The notes: generated by a model from the letters alone, not told the origin. Shown: positions 1 to 10,593, numbered from the stretch's first letter. The stretch: 32,000 nt of DNA from Alloprevotella sp. (GCA_045657925.1 JAZOUA010000015.1:646-32645); one strand, 5' to 3'. Translations and numbers: made by a program.

Positions 1-31
1 CACGCTTTTTTCTTGCAACAAAAGGCACGAT

Positions 32-493
32 TTGGTTGAAGCCCCTCCCCAACGGGATAAGGACACCCTTGTTGCATCTTTGAATGCCCCACAGAAGCAA
101 CATGCAACTCAAGGGCTTCGCTTTTTGGGGCACACGTTAGACATGCGCAATGACCTATCCCGTGAGTTTGCACGAATTTGCAGGGAGGACAGCCATTTGA
201 CGTTTGATAGCATCACGAATAACGTAACGATTTATGGCACAACCTTCCGCCTCAACTATAGAGAAAATGAAGATGGATTCCTGCTCGTGAGTTCCGTTCA
301 ACCCGACAACCCACAAATAAAAAAGGTTAGGGACGCTATCAGCAAGTTCCATGGCCAAGAGAACTTTGAGGAAGACGCGCATTATTCATGGCTCCCCTTT
401 ACGGCCCCCACAACAATGGGGCAAAATATCCCCGTCATCCATCTGAGAAGGGTGCGTTCAGAAGAGGGTGGCACGATGATTATTGTTCGCTAA
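32..493 (+). CDS. hypothetical protein, possibly truncated at its 5' end by the window edge
   Basis: 153-codon ORF with a TTG at 32. The same frame has no stop back to position 2, so the true start may lie upstream of the window. An internal ATG occurs at 143. I recognise no family motif. Confidence 0.4.
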   Translation: MVEAPPQRDKDTLVASLNAPQKQHATQGLRFLGHTLDMRNDLSREFARICREDSHLTFDSITNNVTIYGTTFRLNYRENEDGFLLVSSVQPDNPQIKKVRDAISKFHGQENFEEDAHYSWLPFTAPTTMGQNIPVIHLRRVRSEEGGTMIIVR

Positions 494-506
494 TCGCGTA
501 GAGTCA

Positions 507-522
507 TTATTATTAATAATAA
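507..522. repeat. 16-bp perfect AT palindrome TTATTATTAATAATAA
   Basis: The sequence equals its own reverse complement. It sits 14 nt after the stop of ORF 32..493 and ~90 nt upstream of the xpt -7 box. Confidence 0.9.
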
Positions 523-611
523 CGAGATTGAGGGCGAAAGGGCGTGCATGCCGTTTTTCAGTATTTTTAACTTTTTGAGGACGCAATGCGTAAAATCTAT
601 TAAAAAGTAGT

Positions 612-619
612 TATCTTTG
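612..619 (+). promoter_or_regulatory. Bacteroidetes -7 promoter box (TATCTTTG) for xpt-pbuX
   Basis: Exact match to TAnnTTTG, 38 nt upstream of the xpt ATG. Confidence 0.55.
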
Positions 620-656
620 CATATCCAATTAGAAAAAACTTTGATAAGGAATCGCA

Positions 657-1223
657 ATGAAAGTTTTAAAAGAAAGAATATTGAAGGATGGCCGTTGCTT
701 TGAAGGCGGCATTCTTAAGGTGGACAACTTTATCAACCATCAGATGGACCCCATCTTGATGAAGTCAATGGCCGTGGAGTTCGTGCGCCGTTTTGCTAGC
801 TCTAAGATTGACAAAATCTTAACCGTTGAAGCTAGTGGTATTGCTCCCGCAATCATGGTGGGCTATCTGTTGGAGCTCCCCGTTGTATTTGCCAAGAAGA
901 AGATGCCCAGCACGATGGAAAATATGCTCATTACGGAGGTTTTCTCATTCACTAAGAATACGAGCTACACCGTGTGTGTGAGTCAAGACTTCCTCTGCCC
1001 TGGCGACAAGGTGCTCTTCATTGACGACTTCCTCGCAAATGGCAATGCGGCAAAGGGGATGATTGACTTGGTTCAACAGGCTGGCGCCGAATTGGTGGGC
1101 ATGGGCTTCCTCATTGAAAAGGACTTTCAGGACGGCGGAGCCTTCCTGCGCAACGAGGGTATCCATGTAGAATCGTTGGCCATCATTGAAAGCTTGGATA
1201 ATTGCGAAATTAAATTGAAGTAA
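657..1223 (+). CDS. xpt: xanthine phosphoribosyltransferase
   Basis: 188 aa. The N-terminus [26 protein letters not shown] is typical of Xpt, and [13 protein letters not shown] is a PRPP-binding motif. A -7 promoter box lies 38 nt upstream and a purine permease gene follows 8 nt downstream. Confidence 0.9.
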   Translation: MKVLKERILKDGRCFEGGILKVDNFINHQMDPILMKSMAVEFVRRFASSKIDKILTVEASGIAPAIMVGYLLELPVVFAKKKMPSTMENMLITEVFSFTKNTSYTVCVSQDFLCPGDKVLFIDDFLANGNAAKGMIDLVQQAGAELVGMGFLIEKDFQDGGAFLRNEGIHVESLAIIESLDNCEIKLK

Positions 1224-1231
1224 AAAACGGA

Positions 1232-2569
1232 ATGGAGACAACAAAACAACTCAACGAGCAGCCCCAGGGCTTGATTTACGGATTGGAGGATCGCCCTCCT
1301 CTTCGCGACACGTTCTTCGCCGCACTTCAACATCTCTTGGCCATCTTCGTGGCTATCATCACCCCTCCGCTCATCATCGCGGGAGCCTTGAAGTTAGACC
1401 TTGAAACGACAGGTTTCTTGGTGTCCATGGCTCTGTTCGTATCGGGCATAGCCACCTTTATTCAATGTCGCCGAGTGGGCCCCGTTGGGTGCGGTTTGCT
1501 CTGCATTCAAGGCACAAGTTTCTCCTTCATCGGCCCTATCATCTCGGCTGGGATTGCAGGCGGATTACCAGCGATTTTCGGTGCAACGATTGCGGGCTCG
1601 GTAGTTGAAATTTTCGTGAGCCGTGTGTTGAAATACTTGCGCCACATCATCACACCCTTGGTTTCGGGCATCGTCGTGACACTCATCGGTTTGAGCCTCA
1701 TTAAAGTAGGCATCAATGCTTGTGGTGGCGGAGCGGCGGCTATGGAGGCAGGAACCTTTGGCTCGTTGGAATATCTTGGACTCGCGGGCCTCGTATTGGG
1801 CGTTATCATCCTCTTCAATCGTAGTAGTAATCCCTACTTACGCATGAGCTCCATCGTGATTGGCCTTGCCGTTGGGTATGCCGTTTCATGGGCGTTGGGC
1901 ATGGTGGACTTCTCCAACATCACCAACTATGGAAATTTGAACATCCCCATTCCCTTCAAGTATGGCGTTGCGTTCGACCTCTCCGCCATTATTTCCTTAG
2001 GACTTGTATACCTCATCACGGCCATTGAAGCCTATGGCGACATCACCGCCAACTCCATGATTTCGGGCCAACCCGTTGAGGGCGAAAAGTTCATGAAGCG
2101 CGCACAAGGGGGCATCATGGCCGATGGTGTGAATTCGGCCATAGCGGGTGTGTTCAACTCCTTCCCCAACTCTATTTTTGCGCAAAACAATGGGATGATT
2201 CAGCTTACGGGCGTTGCGAGTCGCTACGTGGGCTACTTCATTGCTGGCATGCTCATCTTATTAGGTTTGTTCCCTGTCGTGGGCTTGATTTTCTCATTAA
2301 TGCCTGAACCCGTATTGGGCGGCGCAACATTACTCATGTTTGGCACCGTAGCGGCGGCAGGCGTGCGCATCATTGCCTCGCAAACCATCAACCGAAAGGC
2401 GACGCTTGTGGTTGCCATTAGCTTCAGCCTCGGTTTGAGCGTTGAGCTCGTTCCCGAAATTCTCACTCAATTCCCCGAAACGGTGCGCAATATCTTCTCT
2501 TCAGGCATCACAACGGGCGGCGTTGCGGCCATCTTGGCTAATGCATTGATTCGTATTAAGGAGGATTAA
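1232..2569 (+). CDS. pbuX: xanthine/uracil permease, NCS2 family
   Basis: 445 aa polytopic membrane protein with glycine-rich helices typical of NCS2 nucleobase:cation symporters. It is tightly linked to xpt and followed by a strong hairpin plus T-run. Confidence 0.85.
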   Translation: METTKQLNEQPQGLIYGLEDRPPLRDTFFAALQHLLAIFVAIITPPLIIAGALKLDLETTGFLVSMALFVSGIATFIQCRRVGPVGCGLLCIQGTSFSFIGPIISAGIAGGLPAIFGATIAGSVVEIFVSRVLKYLRHIITPLVSGIVVTLIGLSLIKVGINACGGGAAAMEAGTFGSLEYLGLAGLVLGVIILFNRSSNPYLRMSSIVIGLAVGYAVSWALGMVDFSNITNYGNLNIPIPFKYGVAFDLSAIISLGLVYLITAIEAYGDITANSMISGQPVEGEKFMKRAQGGIMADGVNSAIAGVFNSFPNSIFAQNNGMIQLTGVASRYVGYFIAGMLILLGLFPVVGLIFSLMPEPVLGGATLLMFGTVAAAGVRIIASQTINRKATLVVAISFSLGLSVELVPEILTQFPETVRNIFSSGITTGGVAAILANALIRIKED

Positions 2570-2602
2570 CTCTTTAAGGATGGTTCATCCTTTTTACCAT
2601 AG

Positions 2603-2645
2603 AGAGCGTTGAAGGGGCACAACTCCCTCCAACGTTCTTTTTTTA
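2603..2645 (+). terminator. intrinsic terminator after pbuX
   Basis: The arm around 2604..2616 (gagcgttgaaggg) pairs with 2625..2637 (ccctccaacgttc) with one mismatch and one GU pair. A T-run follows at 2638..2644. Confidence 0.75.
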
Positions 2646-2736
2646 ACTGAGGGGAGGTGGATTATAGACGTTCGAAAGCAAGAACCTATAAGAGCAAAAC
2701 TCCAAATGAGAGTTGAAAACACTGGAGAGCAGAAAC

Positions 2737-2774
2737 ATTTAGGGCCCCACTCCAAACGGAGCGAGGCCCTAAAT
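2737..2774 (-). terminator. hairpin downstream of the nucleotidyltransferase gene (possible terminator)
   Basis: atttAGGGCCccactcc aaac ggagcgaGGCCCTaaat forms a long imperfect stem 24 nt past the minus-strand stop. The U-tract on the minus strand is poor. Confidence 0.45.
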
Positions 2775-2797
2775 TATAATGAGGCGAAATGTTTGGC

Positions 2798-3709
2798 TTA
2801 GAACATATTAGCGGGGTAAACGCCGTCTTCACCGAGCTTAGCAAAGCGTGCTACAACTTCGGGGCGGTCTTCGGGATAAGTCACACCGAACCATTGTGAA
2901 GTTGTGTCGAGCACTTCGCAAGTAGCTGTGCCGTCGTTGATGAGCTTATCCACCATGAGGGGGATGAAGAATTCGCTCTTGAGGTTTTCCATGTTCTTGG
3001 GATCAGAAAGGAATTCCTTGAAGTATTCAACGGAGTGTTGGAAATAGTCGGGAGTGAAGCCCCAGAAGTTCATTGAAACGGGAGTGTTGTCAGAGATTGC
3101 CACCCATTCGCCGTTTTCATCCTGATACTTCACAACGCCGTCAAAGCGCTGAATCTTAGTGCGTTCAACTACTGAAGTAAGAAGCTTTTGTTCGTTAGTT
3201 TCGCAAACACCACGGCTTACAGTACCTGATTCTGAGAGGGTGTTGCCCACACGGAAGCCTACCATTGCATACTTACCTGTAGAACCTTCGGGGAGTTCAG
3301 AGAGGAACTTGCCCATTACTTGGAATGCATCGCGATCGTAGAAGTCGTCGCAATTCAACACTGCGAAGGGTTCCTTAATCACATCCTTACCCATCATTAC
3401 GGCATGGTTAGTACCCCAAGGCTTTTGACGGTCAGCGGGGCAAGTGAAGCCTTCGGGAAGTGCATCAAGAGCTTGGAATACGAGTTCGCAAGGAATCTTG
3501 CTTTCGTACTTCTTAAGAACGATGTCTCGGAAGTCTTGTTCGAAATCCTTACGGATAACAAACACGAGCTTACCGAAGCCAGCATTGATAGCATCATAGA
3601 TACTGTAATCCATGATTGTTTCACCGTTAGGTCCGAGCTTGTCGAGCTGCTTCAAACCGCCATAGCGGCTACCCATACCAGCAGCAAGGAGGAAAAGAGT
3701 AGGTTTCAT
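2798..3709 (-). CDS. nucleotidyltransferase family protein (sugar-phosphate NTP-transferase fold)
   Basis: 303 aa. The N-terminal LLAAGMGSRYGGLKQL resembles the G-rich nucleotide-binding loop of NTP_transferase proteins. The specific substrate cannot be read from the sequence. Confidence 0.65.
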   Translation of the reverse strand: MKPTLFLLAAGMGSRYGGLKQLDKLGPNGETIMDYSIYDAINAGFGKLVFVIRKDFEQDFRDIVLKKYESKIPCELVFQALDALPEGFTCPADRQKPWGTNHAVMMGKDVIKEPFAVLNCDDFYDRDAFQVMGKFLSELPEGSTGKYAMVGFRVGNTLSESGTVSRGVCETNEQKLLTSVVERTKIQRFDGVVKYQDENGEWVAISDNTPVSMNFWGFTPDYFQHSVEYFKEFLSDPKNMENLKSEFFIPLMVDKLINDGTATCEVLDTTSQWFGVTYPEDRPEVVARFAKLGEDGVYPANMF

Positions 3710-3778
3710 TTTATTATTTAGTTAAAAGGTTAAAATGTCTGTCTGTGTATAGGAAGAACTATCCGTCTTCTTTGCCTG

Positions 3779-4414
3779 CTACTTATTACTAAGCACCTTG
3801 GCATGTTGCAAGAAGAATTCGTCCATTATCTGAACTCCCTTAGGAGTAGCACAACCACGGAAATAATTAAGAACAAGGTTATTGAAGAGTTCAAACGGAG
3901 TGTACTTTCTGAAATCATCTGAAGAAATCATAACATCAAACTGTGTTGTGATGACATTATAAACAATCTCAAAGTTCACATCCGAACGGAATATCCCCTG
4001 CTCTACGCCTTTTGAAAGGTAATCAACCGCCGTATCGCGTTGGTCCTTACGAATTTCCGCCATATAAGCCACCAACTTGGGATACTTACGAAGGTCAGAA
4101 AAGAAACTTGGTGCAACTTCACTCAAAGCTTCCATCTTGAAATTCAAGTCGTAAAGCACTGGTTCAAGTACGTTTGAAGCATTCTTCACGCACTCGCGCA
4201 AGCGGTCACGTTGCCACAAGCTTTCGGTCTTCACACAATAGAGAAGCAAGTTTTCTTTATCATTAAAGAGTTCATACAGGGTGCGCTTAGACATCTTGAG
4301 ACCATGAGCTATGTCATCCATCGTCACGTCTTTAATGCCCTTTTGTCGGAAGAGTTCCATCGCACTCTTCACAACAATGCTACGCTTCTTTTCCTGTCCT
4401 TCTGATGTTCTCAT
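3779..4414 (-). CDS. TetR/AcrR family transcriptional regulator
   Basis: The HTH region SAMELFRQKGIKDVTMDDIAHGLKMSKRTLYELF is TetR_N-like. I moved the start to the ATG at 4414 (MRTSEGQ) because a minus-strand TAnnTTTG box at 4441..4448 lies inside the longer ORF-track version. Confidence 0.85.
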   Translation of the reverse strand: MRTSEGQEKKRSIVVKSAMELFRQKGIKDVTMDDIAHGLKMSKRTLYELFNDKENLLLYCVKTESLWQRDRLRECVKNASNVLEPVLYDLNFKMEALSEVAPSFFSDLRKYPKLVAYMAEIRKDQRDTAVDYLSKGVEQGIFRSDVNFEIVYNVITTQFDVMISSDDFRKYTPFELFNNLVLNYFRGCATPKGVQIMDEFFLQHAKVLSNK

Positions 4415-4440
4415 TATGTTAATAAACCTTATTCTTTCGA

Positions 4441-4448
4441 CAAAAATA
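4441..4448 (-). promoter_or_regulatory. Bacteroidetes -7 box (TATTTTTG on minus strand) for the TetR gene
   Basis: The reverse complement of caaaaata is TATTTTTG. It lies 27 nt upstream of ATG 4414. Confidence 0.5.
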
Positions 4449-4552
4449 CAAATTAAATACAAACAACACCAATTCAGATAAAAAAGTTTTCATAAAAGTC
4501 CTTTTTTTTCTATAAAACTAAGTCTACACTCCACCAACAACGGGATTTTTTG

Positions 4553-4560
4553 TATTTTTG
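4553..4560 (+). promoter_or_regulatory. Bacteroidetes -7 box (TATTTTTG) for maeB
   Basis: Exact TAnnTTTG followed by CA, 23 nt upstream of the maeB ATG. It is divergent from the TetR promoter. Confidence 0.55.
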
Positions 4561-4582
4561 CAACTCACTAAACTAAACTCAA

Positions 4583-6871
4583 ATGGCAAAGATTACGAAA
4601 GAAGCAGCATTGCTTTATCACTCACAAGGTAAGCCCGGTAAGATTGAAATCGTTCCTACTAAACCTTACCGCACTCAAACCGACCTTTCACTCGCCTACT
4701 CTCCTGGGGTAGCTGAGCCTTGTTTAGAAATTCAGAACAATCCACAAGACGCATATAAATATACCAACAAGGGTAACCTCGTTGCCGTTATTTCTAACGG
4801 CACCGCCGTCCTTGGCCTTGGCGACATCGGCGCCATGAGTGGTAAGCCCGTTATGGAGGGTAAGAGCCTGCTCTTCAAGATTTATGCCGGCGTTGACGCC
4901 TTTGACATCGAAGTTGATGAAAAAGACCCCGAGAAGTTCATCCAAGCCGTAAAGGCTATTGCTCCTACATTCGGTGGTATCAACCTTGAGGACATCAAGG
5001 CACCAGAGTGTTTTGAAATTGAACGTCGTTTGAAGGAAGAACTTGATATTCCCGTCATGCACGACGACCAACACGGCACTGCTATCATCTCTTGCGCAGG
5101 ACTCATCAATGCTCTCATCGTTGCTGGCAAGAAAATTGAGGACGTTAAGATTGTCGTAAATGGTGCGGGTGCAGCTGCTATTTCATGCACCAAGCTCTAT
5201 TGTGCATTCGGCGCACGTCATGAAAACATCGTAATGCTCGACTCTAAGGGTGTTATCTCAAAAGACCGCCCCGGCCTCAACGCTCAGAAGTTAGAGTTTG
5301 CTACTTCACGCACAGATATTCATACGCTTGAAGATGCCATTAAGGGAGCCGACGTATTCGTAGGTCTTTCAAAGGGCAACGTACTTACAAAGGACATGGT
5401 GCGCACAATGGCTGAAAAGCCCATTATCTTTGCACTTGCCAACCCCGTGCCCGAAATTTCTTACGAAGATGCGAAGGAAGCAAATCCCGACGTACTCATG
5501 AGTACTGGTCGTACGGATTACCCCAATCAGATTAACAACGTTATCGGTTTCCCCTACATCTTCCGTGGTGCACTTGACACAGCAGCTTCAGCTATCAACG
5601 AAGAGATGAAAATGGCAGCCGTTCGCGCCATTGCAGAACTCGCACGCCGTCCGGTACCCGACATCGTGAACCGCGCATACCAGGTTCGCAACTTCACATT
5701 CGGACCTGACTATTTCATCCCCAAGCCTGTTGACCCCCGCCTTATTACAGACGTATCGATGGCCGTAGCAAAAGCAGCTATGGAAAGCGGAGTTGCGCGC
5801 AAGCCTATCACCGATTGGAGAGCATATCGCCAACAGCTTCGCGAGCTTATGGGACAGGAAAGTAAGCTCACGCAAAACCTCTATGACACAGCTCGTCTCG
5901 CTCCCAAGCGCGTGGTTTATGCTGAAGGTACTCACCCCAAAATGCTTGAAGCGGCCGTAAGGGCAAAGGAAGAAGGAATCTGTAAGCCCATCCTCCTCGG
6001 TAACGATGTACAGATTCGCCAAATTGCAGCTGACATGGACCTCAACCTTGAAGGTATCGAAATCCTTAACCTTCGCGATGAAGCTAAGGCAGCCCCCATG
6101 CGTATGCGCTATGCCGAAGTTCTTGCAAAGCGCAAGCAACGTGCGGGTTATACCATCCAGGAAGCCATTGACAAGATGTACGAACGCAACTATTTCGGCA
6201 TGATGATGGTTGAAATGGGCGATGCAGATGCATTTATTACAGGTCTTTACACGAAGTATTCAAACACTATCAAGGTAGCGCATGAAGTTATCGGTGTTCA
6301 ACCTGGCTTCAACCACTTCGGAGCGATGCATATCGTCAACTCTAAGAAGGGTGTATTCTTCATTGCTGACACACTCATCAACCGTCACCCCAACGAAGAT
6401 ACACTTTACGACATCGCCAAGCTTTCGGCTAAAACAGTGCGATTCTTCAATCGCACACCCGTTATGGCTATGGTGTCTTACTCAAACTTCGGCACCGACA
6501 ACGTAGGTTCGCCCACCGTAGTTCACAAGGTGGTTGACCGCATGCAAACAGACTTCCCCGAACTCGCTATTGATGGTGAAATGCAAGTAAACTTCGCCTT
6601 CAACCGCGAACTTCGCGATGAAAAATACCCCTTCACGCGTCTCCGCGGCCTTGATGTCAACACCCTCATCTTCCCCAACCTTACCTCAGCTAATAGTAGC
6701 TATAAGATGATTAAGGGCATGTCCGACGATTGCGAAGTGATCGGCCCCATCCAAATGGGCCTTAACAAACCCATCCACTTCACCGACTTTGAAAGCTCCG
6801 TACGCGACATCGTCAACATTACAGCCGTAGCCGTAATCGACGCTATCGTATTGGAAAAGAAGTGGCAGTAA
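4583..6871 (+). CDS. maeB: NADP-dependent malic enzyme with C-terminal phosphotransacetylase-like domain
   Basis: 762 aa. The malic-enzyme N-terminal region ([35 protein letters not shown] Rossmann motif) is followed by a ~330 aa PTA-like C-terminal domain, the MaeB architecture. Confidence 0.92.
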   Translation: MAKITKEAALLYHSQGKPGKIEIVPTKPYRTQTDLSLAYSPGVAEPCLEIQNNPQDAYKYTNKGNLVAVISNGTAVLGLGDIGAMSGKPVMEGKSLLFKIYAGVDAFDIEVDEKDPEKFIQAVKAIAPTFGGINLEDIKAPECFEIERRLKEELDIPVMHDDQHGTAIISCAGLINALIVAGKKIEDVKIVVNGAGAAAISCTKLYCAFGARHENIVMLDSKGVISKDRPGLNAQKLEFATSRTDIHTLEDAIKGADVFVGLSKGNVLTKDMVRTMAEKPIIFALANPVPEISYEDAKEANPDVLMSTGRTDYPNQINNVIGFPYIFRGALDTAASAINEEMKMAAVRAIAELARRPVPDIVNRAYQVRNFTFGPDYFIPKPVDPRLITDVSMAVAKAAMESGVARKPITDWRAYRQQLRELMGQESKLTQNLYDTARLAPKRVVYAEGTHPKMLEAAVRAKEEGICKPILLGNDVQIRQIAADMDLNLEGIEILNLRDEAKAAPMRMRYAEVLAKRKQRAGYTIQEAIDKMYERNYFGMMMVEMGDADAFITGLYTKYSNTIKVAHEVIGVQPGFNHFGAMHIVNSKKGVFFIADTLINRHPNEDTLYDIAKLSAKTVRFFNRTPVMAMVSYSNFGTDNVGSPTVVHKVVDRMQTDFPELAIDGEMQVNFAFNRELRDEKYPFTRLRGLDVNTLIFPNLTSANSSYKMIKGMSDDCEVIGPIQMGLNKPIHFTDFESSVRDIVNITAVAVIDAIVLEKKWQ

Positions 6872-6920
6872 AGTTTGTTATACTTTAAGCAAAAAGTGAA
6901 AGTCAGATACGAGAAATTAA

Positions 6921-6954
6921 GAGTAAGATAATTTAAATTATTAGTTACTCTTTT
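6921..6954 (+). terminator. intrinsic terminator after maeB
   Basis: GAGTAA..ATAATTTAAATTAT..TTACTC hairpin followed by TTTT. Confidence 0.6.
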
Positions 6955-7150
6955 AGGATGCGCTTAAAGTAGACTCATATATAGTACGTTTCATTATGTA
7001 TTATTCACATCTCATCCTTCATCTCTTATCACGCTTATTAACACTTCACACCCCTAATTTATATGACACTCTTCAACAAACCTGTTGGAGAGTGTTTTTT
7101 TGTTGTAGACATTTTCCTCGCTACTTCACTGCAATCTCACAAAAATTGCG

Positions 7151-7158
7151 TACCTTTG
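7151..7158 (+). promoter_or_regulatory. Bacteroidetes -7 box (TACCTTTG) for dxs
   Basis: Exact TAnnTTTG, 31 nt upstream of ATG 7189. Confidence 0.55.
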
Positions 7159-7188
7159 CTCGTTGGAAAACTTCAACTTAAAGAAGTA

Positions 7189-9099
7189 ATGAACGATACA
7201 TCTACATTCTCGCTACTCACACAAATAAATTCTCCAGAAGACCTACGCAAACTAAAGGTTGACCAATTGCCTCAGCTCTGTCAGGAATTGCGTCAATACA
7301 TTTGGAAAGTGTTGGCTCAGAACCCTGGGCACTTAGCTTCGAGTTTGGGGGTTATTGAGTTGACCGTAGCACTTCATTATGTATACAACACGCCCTATGA
7401 CCGCCTCGTGTGGGACGTAGGGCATCAGGCATATGGTCATAAGATTTTGACAGGTCGCAGGGATAACTTTCACACTAATAGAAAGTTGGGCGGCGTGAAG
7501 CCCTTCCCATCTCCACAGGAAAGCGAATACGATACTTTCGCTTGCGGACATGCTTCTAACTCAATCTCTGCAGCATTGGGGATGGCTACGGCTGCTCTCC
7601 AAAATGGAGCTAACGACCAAAAGGTGGTAGCCATCATTGGAGACGGAGCAATGAGCGGAGGATTGGCTTTTGAAGGACTCAACAACGCCTCGAACACGCC
7701 CAATAACATGCTCATCGTGCTGAACGACAACAATATGAGCATTGACCGCGCAGTAGGCGGTATGACCAACTACTTGATGCAACTACAAACGAGCAATCTC
7801 TACAACCGTCTGCGCTTCAAGTTGGCACGCAAGATGACGCAATGGGGATGGCTCAACGAAAACCGTAGGCGCTCCATCCTGCGCTTCAACAACTCCGTCA
7901 AAGCACTGCTCACCAACCAGCAGAACGTTTTTGAAGGAATGAACATCCGTTATATCGGACCTACAAACGGACACGACGTCGTAGAGTTAGTGCGTATACT
8001 CCATGAAATAAAGGAGATGAAGGGGCCTAAGTTGTTACACCTTCATACCATTAAGGGCAAAGGCTTTAAGCAAGCCGAAGAAAACCCCACCATATGGCAC
8101 GCCCCTGGACTCTTTGACGACGAAAAGGGAGAACGCATCAAGGAAGCAAGCACAGGGAAGCCACCACGCTTCCAAGACGTATTCGGCGACACATTACTAG
8201 AACTTGCAGAGCAAAATGACAAGATTGTAGGTGTTACGCCCGCTATGCCTACGGGCTGTTCGATGAATACAATGATGAAAGCAATGCCTGAGCGCACCTT
8301 TGACGTAGGCATCGCCGAAGGTCACGCCGTAACTTTCTCAGCTGGAATGGCAAAGGAAGGCAGAATGCCCTTCTGTAACATATATTCTTCATTTGCTCAG
8401 CGTGCGTATGACAACATCATCCATGATGCCGCATTGCTCAATCTCAACTTATGCATTTGCCTTGACCGAGCTGGGTTAGTGGGTGAAGATGGACCTACGC
8501 ATCATGGTACATTCGACTTAGCTTCGCTACGCGCTATTCCCAATATCACCATTGCCTCTCCCTATGACGAATGCGAATTACGTCGCCTCATGTTTACAGC
8601 CCAGTTGCCCGACCGAGGCACATTCATCATCCGATATCCTCGTGGAAATGGCAGACTTGTTGATTGGAAATGCCCACTTGAAGCAGTTGAAATAGGCATT
8701 GGACGAAAGATGAAGGAAGGCGAAGATTTGGCAATTGTGAGCTTAGGTCCAATTGGTAACATAGCTAACGATGCGATTACCAATTACGAAGCAAAGCATC
8801 CTAACGTAAAGATTGCTCATTATGACTTGCGCTTCTTGAAACCTCTTGACGAAAAGATGCTCCATGAAATCGGGCAAAACTTCAAGCGCATCATTACGAT
8901 TGAAGATGGTTGCTTAAAAGGAGGCATGGGAAGCAGTCTGCTTGAATTCTTCGCTGACAATGGCTACACTCCAAAAGTAATGCGTCTTGGTATACCCGAC
9001 CGCTTTATAGAGCACGGAAGTGTACCTGAACTTTACGACATTTGTGGCATTGACGAGGCACATGTTTTTGACGCTATTGAAAAGAGTTTTGACGGTTAG
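7189..9099 (+). CDS. dxs: 1-deoxy-D-xylulose-5-phosphate synthase
   Basis: Contains [16 protein letters not shown] and the thiamine-diphosphate motif [18 protein letters not shown]. The start is set at ATG 7189 (MNDTSTF) because the -7 box at 7151..7158 lies inside the 42-codon N-terminal extension in the ORF track. Confidence 0.93.
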   Translation: MNDTSTFSLLTQINSPEDLRKLKVDQLPQLCQELRQYIWKVLAQNPGHLASSLGVIELTVALHYVYNTPYDRLVWDVGHQAYGHKILTGRRDNFHTNRKLGGVKPFPSPQESEYDTFACGHASNSISAALGMATAALQNGANDQKVVAIIGDGAMSGGLAFEGLNNASNTPNNMLIVLNDNNMSIDRAVGGMTNYLMQLQTSNLYNRLRFKLARKMTQWGWLNENRRRSILRFNNSVKALLTNQQNVFEGMNIRYIGPTNGHDVVELVRILHEIKEMKGPKLLHLHTIKGKGFKQAEENPTIWHAPGLFDDEKGERIKEASTGKPPRFQDVFGDTLLELAEQNDKIVGVTPAMPTGCSMNTMMKAMPERTFDVGIAEGHAVTFSAGMAKEGRMPFCNIYSSFAQRAYDNIIHDAALLNLNLCICLDRAGLVGEDGPTHHGTFDLASLRAIPNITIASPYDECELRRLMFTAQLPDRGTFIIRYPRGNGRLVDWKCPLEAVEIGIGRKMKEGEDLAIVSLGPIGNIANDAITNYEAKHPNVKIAHYDLRFLKPLDEKMLHEIGQNFKRIITIEDGCLKGGMGSSLLEFFADNGYTPKVMRLGIPDRFIEHGSVPELYDICGIDEAHVFDAIEKSFDG

Positions 9100-9178
9100 A
9101 AGATTATAGAAGAACGCCATGAGGTTGTTAATCTCCAAGCCTCATCGTTTCAAAACCGAAGATCCTCATAATCACCTT

Positions 9179-10561
9179 ATGAAAATCATCATTGCTGGTG
9201 CTGGTGCTGTTGGCACCCACCTTGCCCGACTTCTTGCTCGGGAAAAACACGAAATAACCCTTCTTGATGAATCGTCTTCAAAGCTTGACGGCCTCATGGG
9301 TAACTTGGATATCATGACGATGGTTGCATCGCCAACGTCCATCACCAACTTAAGAGCTGCAGGAGCCGAACAAACAGATCTTTTCATTGGCGTGACTCCT
9401 GATGAGGCTCGCAACATGACTTCATGTATGCTAGCTCACAAACTTGGAGCGAAAAAGACGGTTGCACGCGTAGATAATAGTGAATATATCACCCCCGAGT
9501 TTCGTACATTCTTTAAAGAAGCTGGTATCAATTCCATTGTCTACCCTGAAATGCTTGCTGGCAAGGAAATCAGTCATGACCTTTCTCGTTCGTGGGTGCG
9601 ACAATGGTGGGAATTTGAAGACGGCAAACTCATCTTATTAGGAGTAAAAGTACGCGAAAATTCAAGTATCGTAAACACACCACTTAAGGATTTCAGTAAG
9701 CCTACCGATCCCTACCACATCGTAGCGTTGAAGCATGGCTCGGAAACCCTCATACCCCGCGGGAACACATGTATATCTCCTAATGACATCGTCTACTTCA
9801 TGACAATGCCCGAACATCTTAATTTGATTAAGGAGCTAGCAGGGAAAGATGGATATAAGGAAATCAAGCATGTCATGTTCCTCGGTGGTAGTTCTACAGC
9901 CATCCACACCATCAAAAACATGCCAAAGACAATGACCGCAAAAGTTTTTGAAACAGACCCTAAGCGAGTCGAGGAATTGGCAGACATTTTCCTTGAAGAG
10001 ATTGACGAAGGAGTGGTAACGATACTACAAGCGGATGGACGCGACATGAACCTGCTTGAGGAGGAAAATATCGCATACACTCAGGCTTTTGTAGCAACTA
10101 CTGAAAACTCTGAAACCAACATTCTCGCTTGTCTTGCCGCCAAACGAATGGGAGTCAGAAAGACCGTTGCAATGGTGGAAAACTCTGACTACATTGGCAT
10201 GGCAGAGAGTCTTGATATCGGAACGATAATCAATAAAAAGACATTTGCCGCCAGTCATATCTACCAGATGATGCTCAAAGCCGACGTTGCGTCGCTCAAA
10301 TCATTGACCATTGCCAATGCCGACGTTGCTGAAATTAAAGTAGCAAAAAATAGTCGTGTCACTAAGAAACTCATTCGTGACTTACGATTCCCTTTCAACA
10401 CGACATTGGGAGGATTCATTCGCAATGGCAAGTGTCATCTGATTAATGGTAATACACAACTCCAAGAGGGGGATATTGTTGTAGCTTTCTGTATTGAAGA
10501 CGGCATACACAAGTTGGAAAAGTTCTTCTCCTCTAAATTCTCATTCGGAGACTTGTTTTAG
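9179..10561 (+). CDS. trkA: Trk system potassium uptake protein TrkA
   Basis: Two RCK/TrkA-N plus TrkA-C units. The Rossmann motif MKIIIAGAGAVGTHLA sits at the chosen start, ATG 9179. The 20-codon upstream extension in the ORF track has no support. trkH follows. Confidence 0.9.
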   Translation: MKIIIAGAGAVGTHLARLLAREKHEITLLDESSSKLDGLMGNLDIMTMVASPTSITNLRAAGAEQTDLFIGVTPDEARNMTSCMLAHKLGAKKTVARVDNSEYITPEFRTFFKEAGINSIVYPEMLAGKEISHDLSRSWVRQWWEFEDGKLILLGVKVRENSSIVNTPLKDFSKPTDPYHIVALKHGSETLIPRGNTCISPNDIVYFMTMPEHLNLIKELAGKDGYKEIKHVMFLGGSSTAIHTIKNMPKTMTAKVFETDPKRVEELADIFLEEIDEGVVTILQADGRDMNLLEEENIAYTQAFVATTENSETNILACLAAKRMGVRKTVAMVENSDYIGMAESLDIGTIINKKTFAASHIYQMMLKADVASLKSLTIANADVAEIKVAKNSRVTKKLIRDLRFPFNTTLGGFIRNGKCHLINGNTQLQEGDIVVAFCIEDGIHKLEKFFSSKFSFGDLF

Positions 10562-10593
10562 AGACAAATATTGTACGCTGTACACCCAATATA

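Noticed and set aside
4562-4582. AACTCACTAAACTAAACTCAA in the maeB leader as a specific regulatory site related to the 21.2-kb array
   Set aside because: The leader is low-complexity A/C/T sequence with no palindrome partner (no GAGTT). The resemblance may be compositional. It is mentioned under the shared-word finding but not annotated as a feature.
5588-6139. 183-aa minus-strand ORF inside maeB, and similar antisense ORFs in dxs, trkA, DPP III, rfbB and the LptD-like gene
   Set aside because: Each is fully contained in a strongly supported sense gene, and none has a recognisable motif.
7063-7188. N-terminal extensions in the ORF track for dxs (7063), trkA (9119), cdsA (25641), rsfS (23204), TetR (4462) and the BACON lipoprotein (19701)
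   Set aside because: In the dxs, rsfS and TetR cases a TAnnTTTG promoter box falls inside the extension. In the others the extension precedes a canonical family N-terminus or signal peptide (MKIIIAGAGAVG, MKNFIIRAITG, MKKFFFLATL). The cdsA extension also overlaps ftsH. Shorter starts were chosen.
9100-9178. Riboswitch (for example c-di-AMP ydaO/kimA type) upstream of trkA-trkH, or TPP element upstream of dxs
   Set aside because: The trkA leader is under 80 nt and shows only one simple hairpin (ATGAGG...CCTCAT). The dxs leader after its -7 box is ~30 nt. Neither is long enough for those aptamers, and I saw no conserved cores.
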